14,259 nucleotides of DNA from contig JBHLNS010000069.1 in NCBI GenBank assembly GCA_048941285.1, forward strand, positions 1 through 14,259. The letters run 5' to 3'. The notes under the pieces are model-generated. The model was not told the DNA's origin and searched no databases. It saw only the letters and a program-made list of their open reading frames with translations. Every line of letters begins with the position of its first letter. The stretch's first letter is position 1. This stretch comes from Promethearchaeota archaeon (GTDB lineage Archaea > Asgardarchaeota > Lokiarchaeia > Sigyniarchaeales > SOKP01). This document shows, piece by piece, positions 1 through 7,351 of the stretch. Made by a program: the position numbers and the translations under genes.

Positions 1-941
1 GAATGGGTGATCCCCCTAATTTCAAAGATGCTAAAGCTGCAGGAGTCAATCCGTGTGGCGAGCAAACTCTAGAATCATTCGAATTATGTTGTCTTGTAGA
101 AACCTTTCCATCAAGACATGAATCTTATGAAGAATATCAAGATACCTTAAAATATGCATATCTATATTCGAAATCAGTGACTCTTGTTAATACTCATTGG
201 CAAGAAACTAATGCAGTAATGTTAAAGAATAGACGGATGGGGATATCACAAACGGGAATTATTGAAGCCTTTGTAAGACATGGAAGGAGAAGAATGTTAG
301 AATGGTGCGGTCGGGCATATAACTATTTACAGGAATTAGATGAGCAATATTCTGGATGGCTATGCATTCCACGTTCAATCAAAATAACAACGGTAAAGCC
401 AAGTGGAACTGTTAGCCTCCTTCCAGGTGTCCCTCCTGGTATTCATTATCCACATTCAGAATATTATATAAGGAGAATCCGCCTTTCTAAAAATTCTGAT
501 TTAATAGAGCCTATTAGAATTGCGGGATATAAGATTGAAGATGATTCATATTCCCCTAATACAGTCGTAGCTGAATTTCCTATTCATGAAAAATACTTTG
601 ATCGTTCAAAAAATGAAGTATCTATATGGGAACAAGCTGAAAATGCCGCTGCATACCAAAAGTATTGGTCAGATAATCAAGTTTCAATAACAATAACATT
701 TAAAGAAGAGGAAGCAGATCAAATTAAGCACGTTCTTGAGTGTTATGAAGATAAGTTGAAAAGTGTAAGTTTCTTGCCAATAAAAGAACATGGATATAAA
801 CAAGCACCTTATGAAGAAATAACAAAAGAAGAATATGAAGAAATGATCTCTAAACTCAATCTATTTAATTTAGATGATACAAGGGATAGAGCAATTGGAG
901 AGAAATTTTGCGATTCTGATAGATGTGAAGTTCGATTTTAA
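1..941 (+). CDS. nrdJ: Class II (adenosylcobalamin-dependent) ribonucleotide reductase, RTPR-like, C-terminal part (5'-truncated by window edge)
   Basis: Finger-loop motif GVNPCGEQ (thiyl-radical Cys plus Asn/Glu), ELCCLVE (redox Cys), TTVKPSGT, WSDNQVSITITF, YKQAPYEEIT and C-terminal FCDSDRC shuttle cysteines. The ATG at 3 is an internal Met; stop TAA at 939-941. Confidence 0.93.
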   Translation, partial: MGDPPNFKDAKAAGVNPCGEQTLESFELCCLVETFPSRHESYEEYQDTLKYAYLYSKSVTLVNTHWQETNAVMLKNRRMGISQTGIIEAFVRHGRRRMLEWCGRAYNYLQELDEQYSGWLCIPRSIKITTVKPSGTVSLLPGVPPGIHYPHSEYYIRRIRLSKNSDLIEPIRIAGYKIEDDSYSPNTVVAEFPIHEKYFDRSKNEVSIWEQAENAAAYQKYWSDNQVSITITFKEEEADQIKHVLECYEDKLKSVSFLPIKEHGYKQAPYEEITKEEYEEMISKLNLFNLDDTRDRAIGEKFCDSDRCEVRF

Positions 942-1103
942 TAATTTCTATATACTTTTAGTCATATTCAAAAATCTTATATATAAGAAATTTTAAATGA
1001 TTTTATAACACAGCTATAGTTTTACGTAAAAAATATTAACTATCTAAATGAAAATAAATTTAACAATAAAATTTTTTGAAAAATAAATAACAGATGTGAT
1101 ATT

Positions 1104-2063
1104 ATGTCAGAAGAAGAAGTACCACCAGAAGCGATTGAGGAACTTGAAAAAGCTGCAGAAAAAGCAGCAAAGAAACCTCGAGAAAAGACAAGAGCAACTC
1201 CAACTAAAAAAAAAGTTAAAAAACCATCAAAACAAGCTGCTGCTACCCCTGAAGCCGCTCCAAAACCTAGTAAAGCGGTTTATAAAGATTTGAAAGTAAA
1301 TTTTTGGCGTACTCGATTACATGATGAAGAATTAGGAGTACACCAGCAACTTAAATATCAAGCAAAAACCCGATGGTTTAGCAAGAATTTTGATATTGAA
1401 GGAGTTGTAGAAGAAGATGGAGAAAAAAAATACATAATCGCATTTAGTAAGGACGATTGGGAAGAAAAACCTCTTGAAGAGAAAAGGCTAACTTGTCGTA
1501 TATTCACGATAATGGAAGAAAAAGTAACAGATGCAAAAACGGCTAAGGGGGGAAATTTCAAAGGAGGTGTCGAATTAAGTGTATCCCATTCATTAATCCA
1601 AAGCTATGAAATTAAGCATCCTGCTCCCGTGTTCATTATGCAAGTCCCTAGAACTATATATTTAGCACGAGTTGTAAGAGGATGGAGATTAGTGGGTACA
1701 TATTGGGCATGGCCATTACTTCCAGAACAAAATGATGATAAACTCCAAGTTGTTCGAGCTAAAGGAATTGTAGGACCTGGAAGAAATTATTGGATTTATA
1801 TTGGTGATCAAAAAATAGCTCGAGTTGATGGCCAAAGAGTACAGAAAAATTTTGTAATTCAAATCTTTGATGAGACTTATGCAAAAGATAAGATGTTTGT
1901 AATGCATATGATCTTATTTGGGTGTGTCTGTAATTTCATGAGAATTACCGAGAAAATGATTAAACAACTCTATAAAAAGATGAAAAAAACAGCAACAACA
2001 GATTACAAAATCCCCAGAAATGAATTAACTTTATTCAGAAACCCACGAATGATGAGAAGATAA
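1104..2063 (+). CDS. Hypothetical protein: Glu/Lys/Ala/Pro-rich low-complexity N-terminus plus beta-rich domain resembling the Tubby C-terminal/LURP-one/scramblase fold
   Basis: 319-aa ORF with ATG preceded by GATGTGA. First ~55 aa look disordered (EEEVPPEAIEELEKAAEKAAKKP...). C-terminal KGIVGPGRNYWIYIGDQKIARVDG...FVIQIFDE...DKMFVMHMILFG resembles the LURP-one terminal strands and buried helix. CDS confident, fold call tentative. Confidence 0.75.
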   Translation: MSEEEVPPEAIEELEKAAEKAAKKPREKTRATPTKKKVKKPSKQAAATPEAAPKPSKAVYKDLKVNFWRTRLHDEELGVHQQLKYQAKTRWFSKNFDIEGVVEEDGEKKYIIAFSKDDWEEKPLEEKRLTCRIFTIMEEKVTDAKTAKGGNFKGGVELSVSHSLIQSYEIKHPAPVFIMQVPRTIYLARVVRGWRLVGTYWAWPLLPEQNDDKLQVVRAKGIVGPGRNYWIYIGDQKIARVDGQRVQKNFVIQIFDETYAKDKMFVMHMILFGCVCNFMRITEKMIKQLYKKMKKTATTDYKIPRNELTLFRNPRMMRR

Positions 2064-2084
2064 TATTTATTCTACTAAATTAAT

Positions 2085-2190
2085 TCTTTTTTTACTTTTT
2101 TTTAAATAATAATTTTTTATGAGTTGGTATTAGAATATAGTACATTTTAAAATTTATATAAGAATTTAAAAAAAAGATAATAAAAAATAT
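2085..2190. terminator. Probable bidirectional archaeal oligo-T terminator region between convergent genes
   Basis: T7 (2087-2093) and T8 (2096-2103) follow the + strand stop at 2063. A8 (2168-2175) and A6 (2182-2187) read as oligo-T on the - strand after the stop at 2202. Confidence 0.5.
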
Positions 2191-2201
2191 TTAGATAATA
2201 T

Positions 2202-2975
2202 TTAGCCTACCATCTGCTCTTTTTTCCACTCAATATAGCCTCTAGTTTCTTTTCCTCTGTGTATTGCTTTCTTACCAGTTTCTTTTTTATAAATCGATTG
2301 AAGCGTCCTTTCATCCATTTCTTTTAAAGCTTCTTTCTTTATACGTTCTTCGACTTCAATTTCATCTTCTATTGTCTTTACATGTTTAAGAACCCAGAAT
2401 ACACCATGATTCCATAGCACGAATCCAAGAAAAACAATTCCTATAATTAAAAAGATCATACCCCCTACCCACAAGATCCATAAACTGGGAGAAAAAATTT
2501 CTAACATATCTAGCCATAAATTCCATAGAGCATTCCAAAATGCATAAGGAAGAAAACCAATTAACAGAGCAATTAAAGTAACATATAAACTAAATAATGC
2601 AGTACCAACAAGTAATCTTAGCGTAGAATAATCTTCCCATTTTTTTGCTAATCGTCGATCTTTAAATAACGCATTACATAGTTTTACCATACCCCCTCTA
2701 AACAGCGTATAGAATAGAACCAATAAAAATAAGTGTCCTGTGACTACACCAGCTATTATAGCTATCTGAAATCCAAGATGAAGGGCTAAAAATGCTATCC
2801 AAGCGGGGCCTGGAATCACAGATGTAATTATAACAAACCATATTCCAAGTACAACAATAGCAGTAGCAACTATAAGACCATAATATATTATTTTTGCGAT
2901 TCTAATATCCCATGTGGAATATAAATCCAATGGATCTGGCACTCTAACAGGAGCTTTACGAGCTGCTCGCGGCAT
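2202..2975 (-). CDS. Hypothetical integral membrane protein (about 4 TM segments, charged C-terminal tail)
   Basis: 257-aa ORF, ATG start preceded by AGGATAAGA. Long hydrophobic stretches (IIYYGLIVATAIVVLGIWFVII; FQIAIIAGVVTGHLFLLVLFY; LLVGTALFSLYVTLIALLIG; LWILWVGGMIFLIIGIVFLGFVLW) are followed by a Glu/Lys helical tail. Confidence 0.8.
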   Translation of the reverse strand: MPRAARKAPVRVPDPLDLYSTWDIRIAKIIYYGLIVATAIVVLGIWFVIITSVIPGPAWIAFLALHLGFQIAIIAGVVTGHLFLLVLFYTLFRGGMVKLCNALFKDRRLAKKWEDYSTLRLLVGTALFSLYVTLIALLIGFLPYAFWNALWNLWLDMLEIFSPSLWILWVGGMIFLIIGIVFLGFVLWNHGVFWVLKHVKTIEDEIEVEERIKKEALKEMDERTLQSIYKKETGKKAIHRGKETRGYIEWKKEQMVG

Positions 2976-3117
2976 GTTTATCTTATCCTATTATATTTTA
3001 AATTAAATTTAGTTCAGGTTTTGAAAAATATATATTTTAATAATTAGTTTTACTATTATTTATTTTTATTAGTTATTTGATAAGTTAAAGATTATTTTTT
3101 GATTTCTCCGTGCTTTT

Positions 3118-3576
3118 CTATGTTTTTAATGCTACTTGACAGAATGGACAAACAGCATATTCTTCATCTAAAGTTGCTCCACAATAAGGACATGATAACT
3201 TTTTCTCTTTTTTATCCTCTTCTATTTTCTTTTTACGTGCTTCTGATTTCTTTTTAGGTCGTTCAGGTATCTCAAGTTCTTCTTTTCTTAATCCAGCTTT
3301 ATCTAGTACTCTTTCTTTAGGTGTCATATCTTCGGGTTTCTTTTTTGGCTTTATAAAAGGTTTATCTGAATATTCTAGTTTAGTAAAGCATGTAGGACAA
3401 TGAGTTTTTGGTCTATTTGATAAATAAATTCCGTATGCAATAGCTCCAATTCCTATTGTACCTACAATTATTATCCCCCAGAGTAACTTTTGCATTGTAT
3501 CTAATGGTTTTCTAACAGATTTTTCAACTTCTTTTTTACACACTGAACAATAAGCATATGTGATTTTCTTTGTCAT
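3118..3576 (-). CDS. LITAF-like membrane-anchored zinc-ribbon protein with a second C-terminal zinc ribbon
   Basis: CSVC - 22-aa hydrophobic segment - HCPTC, then a Lys/Glu/Pro-rich linker and CPYC-x10-CPFC. ATG at 3576 preferred over the TTG at 3585. Confidence 0.78.
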   Translation of the reverse strand: MTKKITYAYCSVCKKEVEKSVRKPLDTMQKLLWGIIIVGTIGIGAIAYGIYLSNRPKTHCPTCFTKLEYSDKPFIKPKKKPEDMTPKERVLDKAGLRKEELEIPERPKKKSEARKKKIEEDKKEKKLSCPYCGATLDEEYAVCPFCQVALKT

Positions 3577-3630
3577 TTTACTCAACTTTCAAATAAATAA
3601 TATCTATTTTTTTTTTAATAGATTATTTTA

Positions 3631-3676
3631 ATTAAAAAACGTTTTTAATACCTAATAATCAAGTTCTTTTTATAAA
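3631..3676. promoter_or_regulatory. Putative divergent archaeal promoter region (TATA-like boxes)
   Basis: TTTATAAA at 3669-3676 lies ~30 nt upstream of the GTG at 3705. A near-palindrome ATTAAAAAACGTTTTTAAT (3631-3649) gives an A-rich BRE-like run plus TTTTAAT on either strand. The very AT-rich background weakens the call. Confidence 0.3.
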
Positions 3677-3704
3677 CTATTATATTTTTTAAAATTGGAA
3701 TAAC

Positions 3705-5018
3705 GTGGAAGAAAATTCATTTTATATTGAGACATATGGATGTACATCCAATAAAGCAGATTCATATATAATCATAAATGTTCTTAAAAAAGCGAATTAC
3801 TCTCAAACTTCTTTGGAGAAAGCCCAATTCATAATTATCAATACTTGCGCTGTCAAGGAACAAACTGAAAATAAAATAAAAGCTCGTTTAAAACATTTGC
3901 ATAATCAATTTCAAAATGAGTCAAATAGATATATAATTATTGCTGGCTGTTTACCCCATATAGCACGAGATTATATTAAAGTCATTAAAAGTATAATTCC
4001 TTCCTTCGCAGCGATAATTGATTTGAATAACATTTCAGATCTTCCAGAAATACTTCAAGAAATTAAGAATGGTAAACGAAATCTTATATTGAAAACAGCT
4101 ATATCAATCGATAAATCCAAATATTATATTGATCATCCTCCTGGAAAAATCACGGGTATAATTCCAATTTCTGAAGGTTGTTTAGGTTCTTGTACATATT
4201 GTTGTGTAAAAAATGCAAGAGGGAAGTTAAATTGTTATAACCCCATAGAGATTATTAGAAATGTTAATCATCAATTAGAGCAAGGAATTAAACAGATATA
4301 TCTAACCTCGCAAGATTGTGGTATTTATGAATATAATGGGGTTCAATTATCTGATCTGGTTACTCGAATTGTTAATTTAGATTATAAATTTTATTTGAGA
4401 GTAGGAATGATTAATCCAAGTTTTTTAATTAAAAATACAGACCAGTTAATAACAATTTTCAAGCAACGAAAAGTATACCAATTTCTTCATATTCCAATTC
4501 AGTCTGGAAGTAATAAAATTTTAGAGAAAATGTTGAGAAAATATATAATTTCAGATATAATTGAAAACATTGAAATTTTGAGAACAGAATTCCCAAATTT
4601 AACTGTTTCTACAGATATAATCTGCGGTTTTCCTGGAGAAACTGAGTATGATTTCTATCGAACGATAAATTTTATTAAATGGTTAAAACCCGAAATTTTG
4701 AATATATCAAAGTTTACACCGCGTCCAGACACTAAAGCAAAAAAAATGGAACAATTGGATAGTAGGACTATAAAAGAAAGATCTATTAGACTTACAAAAA
4801 TCTTTCGATTAAGTTTGTATAATATGAATGAATATTGGAAAAATTGGGAAGGAGAAGTGTTAATTCTTCACAAAGGAGTAATTCCAAATCAAGCTTTTGG
4901 GAGAAATTATGCTTATAAAAATGTTTTTATCAATCAATATACTGGTGAGTATGGTAAATTTGTAAAAGTTAGAATATTAAAAGTTGAAGGATTTAACCTT
5001 TTTGGAGAAATTATATAA
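3705..5018 (+). CDS. mtaB: tRNA t6A37 methylthiotransferase, archaeal/eukaryotic (CDKAL1-like) MiaB-family radical SAM enzyme
   Basis: UPF0004 domain cysteines (ETYGCTSNKADS, INTCAVK, IAGCLP), radical SAM CxxxCxxC (ISEGCLGSCTYC), LRVGMINP, HIPIQSGS, TDIICGFPGET and a C-terminal TRAM-like region. GTG start. Confidence 0.9.
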   Translation: MEENSFYIETYGCTSNKADSYIIINVLKKANYSQTSLEKAQFIIINTCAVKEQTENKIKARLKHLHNQFQNESNRYIIIAGCLPHIARDYIKVIKSIIPSFAAIIDLNNISDLPEILQEIKNGKRNLILKTAISIDKSKYYIDHPPGKITGIIPISEGCLGSCTYCCVKNARGKLNCYNPIEIIRNVNHQLEQGIKQIYLTSQDCGIYEYNGVQLSDLVTRIVNLDYKFYLRVGMINPSFLIKNTDQLITIFKQRKVYQFLHIPIQSGSNKILEKMLRKYIISDIIENIEILRTEFPNLTVSTDIICGFPGETEYDFYRTINFIKWLKPEILNISKFTPRPDTKAKKMEQLDSRTIKERSIRLTKIFRLSLYNMNEYWKNWEGEVLILHKGVIPNQAFGRNYAYKNVFINQYTGEYGKFVKVRILKVEGFNLFGEII

Positions 5019-5044
5019 ATTAAACTAGATGGAAGTATTTTAAT

Positions 5045-5144
5045 ACCTTTAAGACCATCAGTATAATGCGGTTTATATTGAAAATCAGGAAGATTTTTAA
5101 ATCTTTCATCAGACAATTCTTAAAAATTCATCATTATTGATCAA
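5045..5144 (-). pseudogene. Frameshifted, truncated 5' remnant resembling a haloalkane dehalogenase (DhlA/DhmA, HLD-I type) N-terminus
   Basis: Minus strand reads TTG-INNDEFLRI, then after skipping one base SDERFKNLPDFQYKPHYTDGLKG. This matches the HLD-I N-terminal pattern LRTPDxRFxNLPD(Y/F)P(F/Y)xPHY...L.G. No alpha/beta-hydrolase body follows. Confidence 0.62.
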
Positions 5145-5242
5145 CTTAAATGATCTTAAATTTGAAATAAAGTTGATTATTATTGGATATAGTTTTATAG
5201 TCTTTGTAAAAATCAGAACTATAAATAAGGATCATTCTAATT

Positions 5243-6412
5243 ATGACTCAAAAATTATATTGGGAAAATGCTTATCAAATTAAATTCAAAGCAAAAGTTA
5301 TAGCAACTACGGATGAAGGGATTATATTAGATAAAACATTATTTTATCCCGAGAGTGGTAATCAAGCAAGTGATCAGGGAATTCTATTTTTTGGGGGAAA
5401 AAAAATTAGGGTAAATAAGGTAACTAAAGAAATCGAAGAGATAATTCATCATATATCTTCGGACTCTAAAAATAAGATTAATATAGGAGATATAATTGAA
5501 GGAGAAATTGATTGGGAACATAGATATGGAATAATGAAAGCTCATACATCTCAGCATATATTTTCGGCAGTATTAAAAAATAAATACAATATTGATACTA
5601 TTCGTGCCATACTTAATTTCGAAGAGGTTTTCCTCCATATCTCTCAAAAAATAGGCTCTAAGCAATTAAAAGAGATCCTAACTGAAATTAACAAAATATG
5701 CAACTCAAACAATTTGGAAATAAAAGCAAGTATAATAACCCATGCTGAAACCAATGAGATATCTAATAAAATAAGAAGTACTATCCCAGAGGAACCTTTA
5801 ATACGATTAATGGAAATTAAAGATTTAGATTTAGTATGTTGCGGTGGAACACATGTTAAAAACAGCATTGAAATAGGTCAAATTTTTATTTATGAATTTA
5901 AAAAGGGAAATGAAATTAGATATACCGTAGGAAATAAAGCCCTAGAAATGAGCTCAAACCTGAATATAGATTTAATTACATTAGCTAACGATATTAACTC
6001 TCCCATCTTTAAATTTAAAGATTTACTTAATAAGCAATTAGAAAGTATGCATAATATGCAAGAACAAAACAAAGACTTATCTATTAAGTTATTAGAATTA
6101 ATTTCTAAATCACCTTTAAAAATTATCAATGACATTTTACTATTTTTTATTGAATTTAACGTTGATATTAAGATATTGAATAAATCCTTAGAAAACTTTC
6201 CTCCAAATTCTCTTATAATTCTAAAATTTGAAAAGAATAAAATAAGATTACTCTCTCCAAGTGAAAAAGTAAATACTAACGAATTGTTACAAAAATTAAT
6301 CAAAAACTATGGAGGAAAGGGGGGTGGAAATCCTAAATCTTCTCAGGGATTTTTAAAAAATATGCCCCAAAATATATCGAAAGAAATAGAATCATTAATT
6401 CAAAACATCTAG
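5243..6412 (+). CDS. alaX: Alanyl-tRNA editing protein AlaX, long type with C-terminal DHHA1-like domain
   Basis: MTQKLYWENAY N-terminus, LDKTLFYPESGNQASDQG, Zn ligands HTSQH and CCGGTHV, coiled region, and GGKGGGNPKSSQG (DHHA1 glycine motif). Confidence 0.9.
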   Translation: MTQKLYWENAYQIKFKAKVIATTDEGIILDKTLFYPESGNQASDQGILFFGGKKIRVNKVTKEIEEIIHHISSDSKNKINIGDIIEGEIDWEHRYGIMKAHTSQHIFSAVLKNKYNIDTIRAILNFEEVFLHISQKIGSKQLKEILTEINKICNSNNLEIKASIITHAETNEISNKIRSTIPEEPLIRLMEIKDLDLVCCGGTHVKNSIEIGQIFIYEFKKGNEIRYTVGNKALEMSSNLNIDLITLANDINSPIFKFKDLLNKQLESMHNMQEQNKDLSIKLLELISKSPLKIINDILLFFIEFNVDIKILNKSLENFPPNSLIILKFEKNKIRLLSPSEKVNTNELLQKLIKNYGGKGGGNPKSSQGFLKNMPQNISKEIESLIQNI

Positions 6413-6481
6413 AATGTGAACTGTTTCTTAAGTTATAAAAGAGTTGGAAAAGTAAAGAAAATTAAAAGTAAATTTCAGATT

Positions 6482-7351
6482 TTATTTTAAACCCTTTTCT
6501 TCTAAAAATGAAGTTAATCTAGTTCGATGAAACTTTAAACCAAGATCCTCAGAATTTTCTCCAAATGCTAGAGCTAATAATTCAGTTATATATAAAACAG
6601 GGATGTTATATTCTCCTGCTTTTTTCTGATTATTATCAAATTGTTGAAAACAAGCGGGACAGTTTACAATTATTGCCTCAGCACCAGCATTATGCGCACT
6701 CGCTAATTTATTTGATAATATCTGCATCGAAGGTTCTTCTTCTGAATTTCCCACACCAGTACCACAACAAAGCATTTCTTCTTCGTAATCAACTGGTGTT
6801 GCCCCTGTAGCAGCAACTATCTCTCTTAACTTAACAGGATGCATAGGATCATCAGTTTGAACCTTCTCTGATGGTCTATTATAGTGACATCCAGTATGAC
6901 AGGCAACTTTTAGTTCACTTAGCTCATTCTTTACATTTTCTTTTATTTTATCTTTATATTCATGTAACACTTCAACAAAATGCTTTACATTAATTATTCC
7001 CTTGAATTCCTTCCCAATTATTTTTAAAATTTTATTAATATTTTCTTTTTCATGCTCGTCTTGTTTTAGTTCTTGATTCACAAGTTTTAATGTCTGGAAA
7101 CACCCATTGCATAAAGAAATTATGTCTTTTCCCTCAGCTTCAGCAATAGTGAGATTTCGTGCGCCCATCGCCATCCAGCTGAGATGATCAGTACTATTAA
7201 ATCCAACAGGGTCTGGACAACAAGCAAATGCGGCATCAGAAGTTTTTATTCCGAGTTTATCAAACACTTTTCTTGCTGAAGCTTCTATAAATGGAATTCT
7301 GTTGCCTATAACACATCCTTGAAACATTTTGTATTCTTCTGCTTTAGCCAT
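6482..7351 (-). CDS. hdrB: Heterodisulfide reductase subunit B-like protein (two CCG domains)
   Basis: Two cysteine-rich CCG motifs: FQGC...ACCPDP...LCNGC and HTGCHY...LCCGTG...NCPACFQQFD, plus IPVLYITELLALAFG. 289 aa is typical HdrB size. Confidence 0.92.
   Translation of the reverse strand: MAKAEEYKMFQGCVIGNRIPFIEASARKVFDKLGIKTSDAAFACCPDPVGFNSTDHLSWMAMGARNLTIAEAEGKDIISLCNGCFQTLKLVNQELKQDEHEKENINKILKIIGKEFKGIINVKHFVEVLHEYKDKIKENVKNELSELKVACHTGCHYNRPSEKVQTDDPMHPVKLREIVAATGATPVDYEEEMLCCGTGVGNSEEEPSMQILSNKLASAHNAGAEAIIVNCPACFQQFDNNQKKAGEYNIPVLYITELLALAFGENSEDLGLKFHRTRLTSFLEEKGLK

Noticed and set aside
1096-1293. 65-aa Lys/Gln/Leu-rich ORF on + strand
   Set aside because: Alternative-frame shadow of the low-complexity N-terminus of 1104-2063.
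1358-1907. Minus-strand ORFs 1358-1561 and 1716-1907
   Set aside because: Antisense shadows inside the 319-aa gene with no motifs.
4934-5116. 60-aa ORF as a functional small protein
   Set aside because: Only the first ~24 codons resemble a real protein (dehalogenase relic). The rest is read-through antisense to the mtaB 3' end.
5644-6303. Minus-strand ORFs 5644-5868 and 5890-6303
   Set aside because: Antisense to alaX, with the Ile/Leu/Phe/Ser composition typical of AT-rich shadow frames.
6565-6810. 81-aa + strand ORF
   Set aside because: Antisense shadow of hdrB.
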